From Longimicrobiales bacterium (GTDB lineage: Bacteria; Gemmatimonadota; Gemmatimonadetes; Longimicrobiales; RSA9): DNA of 64,000 nucleotides. The notes beneath the pieces are model-generated. The model had not been told where the DNA came from. It did no database searches and saw nothing but the letters and a program-made list of their open reading frames with translations. Where the stretch lies: NCBI GenBank assembly GCA_050732635.1, contig JBOHRE010000003.1, positions 1,924 through 65,923 of the forward strand, read 5' to 3'. The translations under genes and the position numbers were made by a program. This document shows positions 52,191 to 61,054 of this stretch, piece after piece (the stretch's first letter is position 1; every line of letters starts with the position of its first letter).

Positions 52191-52310
52191 GATGGTTCAT
52201 GGTTGGTGGTTGGTCGTGCCCGCCGGACGCCAAAGGTGACCGGGATGCCCCACGTGCCGCGAACGCCCATCAACCATCAACCATCAACGATCAACCACCA
52301 ACCACCAACC
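52191..52310. repeat. Inverted arrays of a heptamer repeat (GATGGTT-type versus CATCAAC/CACCAAC-type)
   Basis: Left array GATGGTTCATGGTTGGTGGTTGGTCG (52191-52216). Right array (CATCAAC)x3 GATCAAC (CACCAAC)x2 (52268-52310). The left arm matches the reverse complement of 52288-52310 at about 20 of 23 positions. Confidence 0.7.
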
Positions 52311-52389
52311 CCCAACGCCACCCAGCGCCTAGACGCGCACTCCACAGCACTGCTGTGGCGCGCTTGACACCCTCGCCCCCCAACCTACC

Positions 52390-53229
52390 TTGCCGGCCGT
52401 GGAGCCCCCTCTCGAGCGGCGGGTCAGATTCACGTTACAATACGACGGCTCCGTGTTCCAGGGCTGGCAGACGCAGCCGGGCGCGCGGACGGTGCAGAGC
52501 GAGGTGGAAGGCGCGCTGTCGCGGTTGGTCGACCGGCCGGTGCGCGTGGTGGCGGCGGGGCGCACAGACCGCGGCGTGCACGCCACCGGCCAGGTGGTTT
52601 CAGTGGTGGTGCCGCCGAAATGGTCACCGGAGGCGCTGCGTCGCGCGCTGAACGCACTGCTGCCAGCCGAGGTGCGCGTGACCGCTGCGAGCGAGGCGGC
52701 GCCGCCCTTTCACGCACGTTACAGCGCGGTGGCGCGGGGCTACGTCTACCGTCTGGGCACTCACCCACTGGCCCATTCGCCCTTCAGGCGACGCTGGTGT
52801 TGGCCGCTGGCCGAAGCGCTGGAGCAGGATGCGCGGCGTGGCCTCGCCTTCGACGTCGCCTGGCTGCGTCAGGCCGCTGCTGCGCTGGCCGGCCGGCGCG
52901 CGTTCCGCGCCTTCGCCAAGGCGGGTCAGGAAGAGCGCGGCGACGTCTGCACCGTGCACCGCGCGGCCTGGCAGGAGTGGGCGTCGGGGTTGCAGCTCGT
53001 GATCGTCGCGGATCGCTTTCTCCATCACATGGTACGATACCTCGTGGGCACGATGGTCGACATCGCGCGGGGCCGGCGGCCCGGCGAGGACTGGGTCCGG
53101 CTGCTCGACGGTGATGCGGACGTGACGACATCGCCCCCGGCGCCGCCGGAGGGACTTTTTCTGGTGCGGGTGTACTACGACACCACGGAGCTCGAAGCGG
53201 AGGAGTCATTCGATGAAGATCTTCCTTGA
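52390..53229 (+). CDS. truA: tRNA pseudouridine(38-40) synthase
   Basis: [19 protein letters not shown]...[18 protein letters not shown]. The track start is TTG 52390. Alternative GTG at 52399. Confidence 0.9.
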   Translation: MPAVEPPLERRVRFTLQYDGSVFQGWQTQPGARTVQSEVEGALSRLVDRPVRVVAAGRTDRGVHATGQVVSVVVPPKWSPEALRRALNALLPAEVRVTAASEAAPPFHARYSAVARGYVYRLGTHPLAHSPFRRRWCWPLAEALEQDARRGLAFDVAWLRQAAAALAGRRAFRAFAKAGQEERGDVCTVHRAAWQEWASGLQLVIVADRFLHHMVRYLVGTMVDIARGRRPGEDWVRLLDGDADVTTSPPAPPEGLFLVRVYYDTTELEAEESFDEDLP

Positions 53230-53911
53230 CAGCGCGGACCTGAGCGAGATCCGGCGTGGCGTCGAGGCCGGGCTGATCGACGGCATCACGACGAATCCGT
53301 CGCTGCTGTCGAAGGCGGCGGGCGGCGAGCATGAGCCGCGTGAGATCCTCGAAGAGATCTGTCGGACCGTACCAGGTCCGATCAGCGCCGAGGTCGTGGC
53401 CACGGACACGGAGACAATGCTGAGCGAGGGCCGCATGCTCGCGCGCATTGCCGACAACATCGTGGTCAAGGTGCCGCTGATCGAGGAGGGGCTGCGCGCC
53501 TGTCGCGCGTTCCGCGCCGAAGGCATCGCCGTCAACGTCACCCTGTGCTTCTCGCCGACGCAGGCGCTGCTGGCCGCGAAGGCGGGCGCCAGCTACATCT
53601 CGCCGTTCGTCGGCCGCATCGACGACGTCAGCGGCAACGGCATGGAGCTGATCCAGCAGATCGTGCAGATCTACCGCAACTACGATTTCGAGACCGAGGT
53701 GTTGGTCGCATCCGTGCGGCACCCGGGGCACATGGTCGAGGCCGCGCTGCTCGGCGCGGACGTCGCCACCGTGCCCTTCAAGGTGCTCATGCAGCTGCTC
53801 ACGCATCCGCTGACGGACAAGGGGCTCGACGCCTTCCTCGCGGACTGGGCGAAGCTGCCTAAGGAGCGGCGCACGATCGCCGCGCCCGAAGAGCTGGTCG
53901 GCGCCCGCTGA
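53213..53911 (+). CDS. tal: Transaldolase (short, Fsa/TalC-type)
   Basis: [32 protein letters not shown]...VVKVPL...[14 protein letters not shown]. Confidence 0.9.
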   Translation: MKIFLDSADLSEIRRGVEAGLIDGITTNPSLLSKAAGGEHEPREILEEICRTVPGPISAEVVATDTETMLSEGRMLARIADNIVVKVPLIEEGLRACRAFRAEGIAVNVTLCFSPTQALLAAKAGASYISPFVGRIDDVSGNGMELIQQIVQIYRNYDFETEVLVASVRHPGHMVEAALLGADVATVPFKVLMQLLTHPLTDKGLDAFLADWAKLPKERRTIAAPEELVGAR

Positions 53912-53925
53912 CCGAATCGTAGAGC

Positions 53926-55431
53926 ATGGAACGTCGCAGGCTGCGGTTCTGGCTGGTGGTTCTCGCGGCGCTGCTGCCGCTGGCGGCCTTTGCAGCGCGC
54001 GGCGAGGAGGTGCTGCGTCGCGCGTTCGCCGACTCGCCTGCGGAGCGGACCGATGGCCCGCCACTCGCAGCGGCAGCCAACGCGCTGTCCACGCCGCTGA
54101 GCCAGCAGGTGGCGACGTCGCCCGACTCGCTCGACGCGTCGCGGCGCACCGCCATCGTCGCCGCCGCCGAGCGCGTGGCACCGGCCGTGGTCAGTGTCAA
54201 CGTGATCCGCCGCACGACCGTGCAGCCGCGCAGCATCTGGGAGAGCTTCTTCATTCCGCCCGGCTATGAGCGCGAGGTGGCGGGCCTCGGCTCCGGCTTC
54301 ATCGTCTCGGCCGATGGTCTCGTGGTCACGAACGAGCACGTGGTGCGTGGCGCGACGCAGCTCGTGGTCACGTTGCCGGACGGTCGCGACCTGGAGGCCG
54401 AGCTGGTCGGCACCGACGAGCTGAACGACCTGGCGCTGCTGCGCATGGTCGTGCCACGCGGCGGCCCGCCCCTGTCGGTCGCGCCGCTCGGCGACTCCCG
54501 GGCGCTGCTCATTGGCGAGTGGGCGATTGCCATCGGCAACCCGCTCGGTTACCTGATGTCGAACACCGAGCCGACGGTCACGGCGGGCGTGATCAGCGGC
54601 ATCGGCCGCAACATCGTGTCCGGCGGACAGGCCGGTGAAGGCGGCCTGTATGTCGACATGATCCAGACCGACGCCTCGATCAACCCCGGCAACTCCGGTG
54701 GCCCGCTGGTCAATGCGCGGGGCGAAGTCATCGGCGTGAACTCGTCGATCTTCTCGCGCAGTGGCGGCAGTGAAGGGCTCGGCTTCGCGATCCCGATCAA
54801 CCGCACGCGCCGGATCGTGGCCGACCTTCTCGAGGATGGCGCCGTGCGCCGCGCGTGGATCGGTGTCGAGGTCGAGCCGTCGAACCCGAACGCGTTCGGC
54901 CGCAGCGGTGAGATCGTGGTCGGCAGCGTGGCGCCTGGCTCGCCGGCAGAGCGAGCGCGGCTGCGCGTCGGCACGACGATCGTGCGCGCCGGCGAACGAC
55001 GGATCCGCACGCCGCTAGACTGGGACGCCGCGCTTCTGGACGCGTCAGTCGGCGAGCCGCTCGAGGTCACGCTGCGCGAGGGCGACCGCGAGCGCGTGGT
55101 GCAGCTCGTACCGGCCGACCTGCCCTCGCTCAGTGCCGAGCGGATCCGCGCGTTCTCGGATTTCGAGCTGATCACGCTGACGCCAGCGGTCCGCGCCGAG
55201 CGGCAGCTGGCCAGTGAGCGAGGCGCGCTGATCGTGGGTCTCTCGGATCAGGCGAGGCGCTCGCTCGGCCTGCAGGACGGTGATCTCATCGTGCAGATCA
55301 ACCGCACGCGCATCACCAGCGCCGAGCAGGCGGCCACGCTGCTGCGCCGTCTGGCCGGCGGTGGCGCCGTGCGCCTCATGTTCGAGCGGCGCGGCCAGCT
55401 CATCTCGACCTGGTTCTCGATCGCGGCGTGA
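53926..55431 (+). CDS. HtrA/DegP/DegQ-family periplasmic serine protease with two PDZ domains
   Basis: Signal/TM segment MERRRLRFWLVVLAALLPLAAFA. Catalytic-triad context GSGFIVSADGLVVTNEHVV, DLALLR and TDASINPGNSGGPLVN. Two PDZ-like C-terminal segments. Confidence 0.9.
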   Translation: MERRRLRFWLVVLAALLPLAAFAARGEEVLRRAFADSPAERTDGPPLAAAANALSTPLSQQVATSPDSLDASRRTAIVAAAERVAPAVVSVNVIRRTTVQPRSIWESFFIPPGYEREVAGLGSGFIVSADGLVVTNEHVVRGATQLVVTLPDGRDLEAELVGTDELNDLALLRMVVPRGGPPLSVAPLGDSRALLIGEWAIAIGNPLGYLMSNTEPTVTAGVISGIGRNIVSGGQAGEGGLYVDMIQTDASINPGNSGGPLVNARGEVIGVNSSIFSRSGGSEGLGFAIPINRTRRIVADLLEDGAVRRAWIGVEVEPSNPNAFGRSGEIVVGSVAPGSPAERARLRVGTTIVRAGERRIRTPLDWDAALLDASVGEPLEVTLREGDRERVVQLVPADLPSLSAERIRAFSDFELITLTPAVRAERQLASERGALIVGLSDQARRSLGLQDGDLIVQINRTRITSAEQAATLLRRLAGGGAVRLMFERRGQLISTWFSIAA

Positions 55432-56897
55432 GCGACGCGGCGCAGGGTATCGGGGCCGCCGCGGGCGCACCCACCCGCTACCAGAATCCGCTCGTCGAAC
55501 GCTACGCCTCGGCCGAGATGAGCCGCATCTTCTCGCCGGCCTTCCGCTTTGGCACCTGGCGCCGACTCTGGCTGGCGCTCGCCGAGGCGCAGCACGAGCT
55601 GGGGCTCCCCATCAGCGACGCGGCGCTGCGCGCCCTGGCCGCCCACCTCGATGACATCGACCTGGACCGCGCCGCGCAGCTCGAGCGGCGCTTCCGCCAC
55701 GACGTCATGGCGCACGTGCACCTCTACGGCGACGTCGCTCCCGAGGCACGCGGCGTGATCCACCTCGGCGCGACCAGCACGTACGTCACCGACAACAGCG
55801 AGCTGATCCAGCAGCGCGAGGCATTGCGGCTGGTGCGGCGCCGACTGCTCGCCTGCATCGCGAAGCTTGCGACCTTCGCCCGTCGCTGGCGCGACCTGCC
55901 CACCCTCGGCTTCACGCACTTCCAGCCCGCGCAGCCGACCACCGTCGGCAAGCGGGCCACGCTCTGGCTGCAGGACCTGCTGCTCGATGTCGAGGAGATC
56001 GACCACCGTCTCGCGACGTTCCGCTTCCGCGGCGTGCGCGGCACGACTGGAACCGAGGCCTCGTTCCTCGAGCTGTTCGACGGCGATCACGCGCGGGTCG
56101 AGCAGCTCGGCGCGCTGGTGGCCGAGAAGATGGGATTCGAGCGCCTGTTCGGTGTCACTGGCCAGACCTACCCGCGCAAGGCGGACTACGCGCTGGTCGC
56201 GGCGTTGGGCGGCGTCGCCGCGTCGGCATCCAAGTTCGCCAATGACATCCGCCTGCTCGCGCACCTGCGCGAGGTCGAGGAGCCGCTCGAGGCCGAGCAG
56301 ATCGGCTCATCGGCCATGGCCTACAAGCGCAACCCCATGCGTTCGGAGCGCATCAACGCGCTCGCGCGCCACGTCCTCGTGCTCACCATGGACCCGGCGA
56401 TGACCGCGGCCGCGCAATGGCTCGAACGCACGCTCGACGACTCGGCCAACCGCCGCATCGCCATTCCCGAAGCCTTCCTCGCCACCGATGCCGTGCTGGT
56501 GCTGCTGCAGAACGTCGCCGCCGGTCTGGTCGTGCGGCCCGGTATCATCCGCCGTCGCCTGGACGACGAGCTGCCTTTCCTGGCGACGGAGGCGATCCTG
56601 ATGCGCGCCGTGCGCGCGGGTGGCGACCGCCAGGCGCTGCACGAGCGGATCCGCCGCCACGCGTTGGCCGCCGCCGAGCAGCAGAAGGAGCACGGTGCGG
56701 CGAACGACCTGATCGACCGGATCGCGCGCGACGCCGAGATTGCGCTGTCACGCGACGAGATCGAGGCGGCGCTCGACCCGGCACGCCACACGGGCCGCGC
56801 CGCCGCACAGGTCGACGCGTACCTGGCGCGTTACGTGGACCCGCTGCTGGAGCGAGCCGCAGCCGGCTCGCAGGCGGGAGCTGAAGTACGGGTGTGA
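55428..56897 (+). CDS. purB: Adenylosuccinate lyase
   Basis: YASAEMSRIFSP...GSSAMAYKRNPMRSE (fumarate-lyase signature). ATGA-type overlap with the htrA-like gene. Confidence 0.95.
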   Translation: MSDAAQGIGAAAGAPTRYQNPLVERYASAEMSRIFSPAFRFGTWRRLWLALAEAQHELGLPISDAALRALAAHLDDIDLDRAAQLERRFRHDVMAHVHLYGDVAPEARGVIHLGATSTYVTDNSELIQQREALRLVRRRLLACIAKLATFARRWRDLPTLGFTHFQPAQPTTVGKRATLWLQDLLLDVEEIDHRLATFRFRGVRGTTGTEASFLELFDGDHARVEQLGALVAEKMGFERLFGVTGQTYPRKADYALVAALGGVAASASKFANDIRLLAHLREVEEPLEAEQIGSSAMAYKRNPMRSERINALARHVLVLTMDPAMTAAAQWLERTLDDSANRRIAIPEAFLATDAVLVLLQNVAAGLVVRPGIIRRRLDDELPFLATEAILMRAVRAGGDRQALHERIRRHALAAAEQQKEHGAANDLIDRIARDAEIALSRDEIEAALDPARHTGRAAAQVDAYLARYVDPLLERAAAGSQAGAEVRV

Positions 56898-57871
56898 GGG
56901 GCGGGAGCAGGCGCGGGGGCGGGGGCGGGGCCGGGCCGGGCCAAACCGTCTCGCAGAGTGAGCTGCCGCTGACGCTGATCGCGCGCGGCAAGGTGCGCGA
57001 CATCTACGATGCCGGCGTCGGCGCGGGCGGCGAACCCCGGCTGCTGATCGTCGCCTCCGACCGGATCAGCGCGTTCGATGTGGTGCTGCCACAGCCGATC
57101 CCCTGGAAGGGCGCAGTCCTGACTCAGATCACGGCGTGGTGGCTCGAGCGGCTGCCCGGCGCGGCGCCGCACCACCTGCTCAGCGTCGACACGGACGAGA
57201 TCGCCGACATGCTGCCGGAGCTTCGCGGCCGCGAGGCAGAGTGGGCCGGGCGCGCCATGCTCGTGCGTCGCGCCCGCACGATCCCGGTCGAGTGCGTGGT
57301 GCGCGGTTACCTGTCGGGGTCGGCCTGGAAGGAGTACCGCGAGCGTGGCACGCTCGCGCACGAGCCGCTGCCGGCAGGCCTGATCGAGGCGCAGCGGCTC
57401 GATCCGCCGATCTACTCCCCGGCGACCAAGGCCGAGCACGGCCACGACCAGAACATCACCTTCGCGGCTGTCCGCGACCGGCTCGGCGCCGCGCTCGCTG
57501 ATCTCCTGCGCAGCCGTTCACTCGCCATCTACGACGCCGGCCGCGAGATCGCCGCGCACGCCGGCATCATCATCGCCGACACCAAGTTCGAGTTCGGCGT
57601 GCTGCCGAATGGCGAAGTGCTGTTGATCGATGAGGTGCTGACGCCCGATTCCTCGCGGTTCTGGCCCGAGGCCGACTACACGCCCGGGCGCGCGCAGCCG
57701 TCGCTCGACAAGCAGCCGGTGCGCGACTACCTGGACGCGCTGGCCGCACGAGGCGAGTGGGACGGCCAGCCTCCCGGACCGGAGCTGCCGCAGGACGTCA
57801 TCGAGGCGACGTCGCAACGCTACCTCGAGCTGTTCCGCCGGCTCACCGGCCGCGCTCCCGTCGGCGGCTGA
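56894..57871 (+). CDS. purC: Phosphoribosylaminoimidazole-succinocarboxamide (SAICAR) synthase
   Basis: LIARGKVRDIYDAG...LIVASDRISAFDVVL...IIADTKFEFG. GTG 56894 overlaps the purB TGA as GTGA. The first ~20 codons are the G-rich tract (RGGSRRGGGGGAGPGQ), so the true start is uncertain. Confidence 0.88.
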   Translation: MRGGSRRGGGGGAGPGQTVSQSELPLTLIARGKVRDIYDAGVGAGGEPRLLIVASDRISAFDVVLPQPIPWKGAVLTQITAWWLERLPGAAPHHLLSVDTDEIADMLPELRGREAEWAGRAMLVRRARTIPVECVVRGYLSGSAWKEYRERGTLAHEPLPAGLIEAQRLDPPIYSPATKAEHGHDQNITFAAVRDRLGAALADLLRSRSLAIYDAGREIAAHAGIIIADTKFEFGVLPNGEVLLIDEVLTPDSSRFWPEADYTPGRAQPSLDKQPVRDYLDALAARGEWDGQPPGPELPQDVIEATSQRYLELFRRLTGRAPVGG

Positions 57872-58395
57872 GCCGCGCTGAGCCCCCGGGTCGCTACTTT
57901 GTTTCCGCGACAGTGCTGCGAGCACGCGCATTCTTTGTTGCCGACGCAACACATCGTAGCCCCGGCCGGGGCGTTCCGGCGCACCATGTTCCGGGCGCAT
58001 CTCGTTGTCGTTGCCCGAGTTGATCGATTGCCACGGCATGACTCGCTGGCTGGCATGCGAGTCGCATTGACGGTCCCGCGCTTGGCGCCGCTCTCCCCGG
58101 GGCAGTCGCCAGACGGGAGCGGGACGAATGACGCGACGACCGACGAATTTACAGCAGCGCGTGCGCGAGCTGCTCCAGCAGCGCGCACCGAAGCCAGTGC
58201 CCCCCAGCAAATCGTTCCTCATGGCGAGGCGTGGCGTCGATCGCGCCGTCGGTGGTGGGTCGACTCCCGCCGTCGGATCCAGTTCGGCGCCCCGTCCCGC
58301 CGCCACCATGCGTACATAGTTCAGACGCCACGGTCGCGCCGGTGCCCAGGCCGGCGCGGCTGGCGATTCGTCGGGCGGTCGCGTAACAATACCTG

Positions 58396-59229
58396 ATGCG
58401 GCGACCGCGACTGCCCCGCCCCGTACTGCCCGGCGTCATCATCCTCCCGAGCGCGCTGACGCTCGGCAATCTCTTCTTCGGCGTCTGGGCCATTGTCGCC
58501 GCGACCCGCGGCGAGTTCATGAATGCGGCCTGGCTCATCGTGCTCGCCGGCATCGCCGACACGATCGACGGCCGCGTCGCGCGCATCACCCAGACCGGCA
58601 CGCGCTTCGGCGAAGAGCTCGACTCGCTGGTCGACGCGATTTCCTTCGGCATCGCGCCGGCGCTGATCATCTTCCACCTCTTCCTCAGCACCGAGAACTG
58701 GAGCTGGATCGCCGCCTTCGTGTACGTCGTCGGCGCCGTGATCCGGCTCGCCCGCTTCAACGTCGAGCAGGCCGGCCACGCCAAGACCGCCTTCCACGGG
58801 CTGCCCTCGCCGTCCGCAGGCATGACGCTCGCCACCTTCTACCCCTTCAGCCAGACCGCCTTCTTCCAGCAGCACCTCGGCCACCTGAACTGGCCCGTGA
58901 TCATGACCGCCTCCATGATCATGCTCGCCTGGCTGATGATGAGTCACATCCTCTATCCTGTGCTGCCGAAGTTCGGCCTGCGCAACGCCAAGGGCATTGC
59001 CACCGGCATCTTCCTGCTCGGCTGCATCGCCGCATCGCTCACCATCCCGGCCCTCTTCTTCTTTCCGTTCTTTGCGACCTACATTGCCTACGGCATCGTC
59101 AAGGCCGTCGTGCTCGGCTTCTTCGAGCTGCTGCCCGAACGCGACCTGATGATCGATGAGGAAGAGACCGGCGACGAGGCCGGCGCCGAGCTGCGCGACG
59201 TCGACTATGATGAGCTGCGAGCGCGATGA
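58396..59229 (+). CDS. pssA: CDP-diacylglycerol--serine O-phosphatidyltransferase
   Basis: CDP-alcohol phosphatidyltransferase motif ADTIDGRVARITQTGTRFGEELDSLVDAISFG. Multi-TM protein. Confidence 0.9.
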   Translation: MRRPRLPRPVLPGVIILPSALTLGNLFFGVWAIVAATRGEFMNAAWLIVLAGIADTIDGRVARITQTGTRFGEELDSLVDAISFGIAPALIIFHLFLSTENWSWIAAFVYVVGAVIRLARFNVEQAGHAKTAFHGLPSPSAGMTLATFYPFSQTAFFQQHLGHLNWPVIMTASMIMLAWLMMSHILYPVLPKFGLRNAKGIATGIFLLGCIAASLTIPALFFFPFFATYIAYGIVKAVVLGFFELLPERDLMIDEEETGDEAGAELRDVDYDELRAR

Positions 59230-59549
59230 CCGAATTCCTGGTGACGGTGCGGATCACGCCGCGACGCGGACTGCTCGATCCGGAGGGCAAGGCGATTCAC
59301 GGTGCCCTCGAATCGCTCGGCTTCCCCGCCGTCGACGAGGTGCGCGTCGGCCGCCTGGTGCGACTGCGGCTCGCGGCTGAATCGAACGCCGCCGCCCACG
59401 ACGAGGCGCGCCGTATGTGCGAGAAGCTGCTGGCCAATCCAGTGACCGAGGACTACCGGATTGAGGTGGAGTCTCCGGACTCTCGCCGGCCCCGCAAACG
59501 CGCAGCCGGCGCGCACGTTCACGACGATCCCGATCCCGATCCCGACTGA
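59226..59549 (+). CDS. purS: FGAM synthase subunit PurS (with ~25-aa acidic/basic C-terminal tail)
   Basis: MTEFLVTVRITPRRGLLDPEGKAIHGALESLGF...KLLANPVTEDYRIEVE, followed by the tail ...HVHDDPDPDPD. Confidence 0.9.
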   Translation: MTEFLVTVRITPRRGLLDPEGKAIHGALESLGFPAVDEVRVGRLVRLRLAAESNAAAHDEARRMCEKLLANPVTEDYRIEVESPDSRRPRKRAAGAHVHDDPDPDPD

Positions 59550-59552
59550 GCA

Positions 59553-60260
59553 ATGCACGTCGCGATCGTCACCTTCCCCGGCTCCAACTGCGACTACGAT
59601 TGCTACAAGGCGATCCGCGACGTGCTCGGCGCCCACACCGAGTTCGTCTGGCACCGCGAGACCTCGCTGGGCGACGCCGATGCGCTCATCCTCCCCGGCG
59701 GCTTCAGCTACGGCGACTATCTGCGCGCCGGCGCCATCGCCCGCTTCAGCCCGATCATGGAACCGGTGCGCCGCTTCGCCGCCGCTGGCCGGCCCGTGCT
59801 CGGCATCTGCAACGGCTTCCAGGTCCTGTGCGAGGCGGGACTGCTGCCCGGTGCGCTCGTGCGCAACGACACGCTGCGCTTCGAGAGCCGCACGGTGCGC
59901 GTGCGCGTCGAGAACACGTCGACGGCCTTCACCAACGCCTATGAGCCCGGCCAGATCCTCGAGCTGCACATCGCCCACGGCGAGGGCTGCTACGTGGCCG
60001 ATCCCGAGACGCTGGACAGGCTCGAGGCCGAGGGCCGCGTCGCGTTCCGCTACGTCGACCGCGGCGGCCGCGCCACGGCGGAGGCGAACCCGAACGGATC
60101 GCTCCGCAACATCGCGGGCATCGCCAACGACGCTGGCAACGTTCTCGGGCTGATGCCGCACCCCGAGCGCAGCGTCGAGGCCCTGCTCGGGTCGACCGAC
60201 GGACTGGGCGTCTTCGAGTCGCTAGGGCGCAGCGTCCCCGCTCGGGCCCCGACCTCGTAG
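59553..60260 (+). CDS. purQ: FGAM synthase glutaminase subunit
   Basis: [21 protein letters not shown]...[12 protein letters not shown]...[17 protein letters not shown]...MPHPER. Confidence 0.95.
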   Translation: MHVAIVTFPGSNCDYDCYKAIRDVLGAHTEFVWHRETSLGDADALILPGGFSYGDYLRAGAIARFSPIMEPVRRFAAAGRPVLGICNGFQVLCEAGLLPGALVRNDTLRFESRTVRVRVENTSTAFTNAYEPGQILELHIAHGEGCYVADPETLDRLEAEGRVAFRYVDRGGRATAEANPNGSLRNIAGIANDAGNVLGLMPHPERSVEALLGSTDGLGVFESLGRSVPARAPTS

Positions 60261-60336
60261 CTCTCCAGGTCGGCCGGCCCCGTCCATACCAACGGGTCAG
60301 CCGTCGTGCAGGTTGACGCGCCGCGGCGACGGGCGC

Positions 60337-60418
60337 GGCTCGTACCTTCTCGGCCCCTCTGATTTTTGGTACAACCTGTACAGCCGACCGCCGGTGCCTG
60401 AGCCGATGGGACAGCCCG
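60337..60418. repeat. Left arm of a long imperfect inverted repeat
   Basis: Core TTTTGGTACAACCTGTACAGCC (60364-60385) matches the reverse complement of 61088-61109 at 19 of 22 positions. Weaker similarity extends about 30 nt inward and about 20 nt outward. Confidence 0.6.
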
Positions 60419-60710
60419 AGCCTCACTCCGCCGCACGCGCCGGTCGAGGATGCCGGTCGAGTAACCCGCCGGCCGAGTCACCTGCCGGGCCGTGCACCCT
60501 GCCGGCCCGGGCACGCTCGGCCCAGGAACCCTCCCAGCCCAGGCACCTGCCGTCCCAGGCACGCCGGCTCAGGCACACCCTGACAGCCAAAGGCACCACG
60601 GCCCAGGCAGCTGGCGGCCGAGTCGTCGCGTCCCGGGAACTCGGCCCGGCCCAAGCGTTCGCTCCGCTGCCCGATCGAGCGGCTCAGCCTTGACGTCACG
60701 AACGGCCCGC

Positions 60711-60724
60711 TGTAAACGTTTACA
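60711..60724. promoter_or_regulatory. Perfect 14-bp palindrome TGTAAACGTTTACA (LacI-family operator-like) overlapping a TACAAT box
   Basis: Read directly. It fits the generic LacI/CcpA/PurR-type pattern TGnAAnCGnTTnCA. TACAAT at 60721-60726 overlaps its right half. TTGACG at 60690-60695 is 25 nt upstream, which is too far for a canonical -35. Confidence 0.5.
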
Positions 60725-60731
60725 ATCAGCA

Positions 60732-61050
60732 GCCGCCGAGCGTGGCCGGACCCGAAAAACATTGCAGGACGAGCCGCGGCCGCTGAGCTGGCGGAACCCG
60801 AAAAGCATTACAGCACGAGCCGCGGCCGCTGAGCTGGCGGAACCCGAAAAACATTGCAGCACGAGCCGCGGCCGCCGGCGTGGCCAGACCCGAAAAACGT
60901 TGCAGCACGAGCCGCGGCCGCTGAGCCTGGCGGAACCCGAAAAGCATTGCAGCACGAGCCGCGGCCGCTGAGCGTCGCGGAACCCGAAAAACATTGCAGC
61001 ACGAGCCGCGCGGCCGCTGAGCGTCGCGGAACCTGGAACGAGCAGCGAGT
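60732..61050. repeat. Tandem array of about 6.5 copies of a 46-47-bp unit (non-coding minisatellite)
   Basis: Unit example: GCGGCCGCTGAGCTGGCGGAACCCGAAAAACATTGCAGCACGAGCC. Unit starts read at 60732, 60776, 60822, 60868, 60914, 60961 and 61008 (the last is degenerate). The unit length is not a multiple of 3 and the units are contiguous, with no spacers. Confidence 0.9.
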
Positions 61051-61054
61051 GCCG

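Noticed and set aside
58128-58319. 63-codon ORF MTRRPTNLQQRVRELLQQR... as a real gene
   Set aside because: The SD is weak and distant, third-position GC is only moderate by eye, the C-terminal half is low-complexity, and no motif was recognised. It is kept only as a note inside the finding on the unannotated gap.
60732-61050. CRISPR array interpretation of the 46-47-bp repeats
   Set aside because: The units are contiguous with no unique spacers between them, show point divergence, and no cas genes are nearby. This is a tandem (minisatellite-like) repeat.
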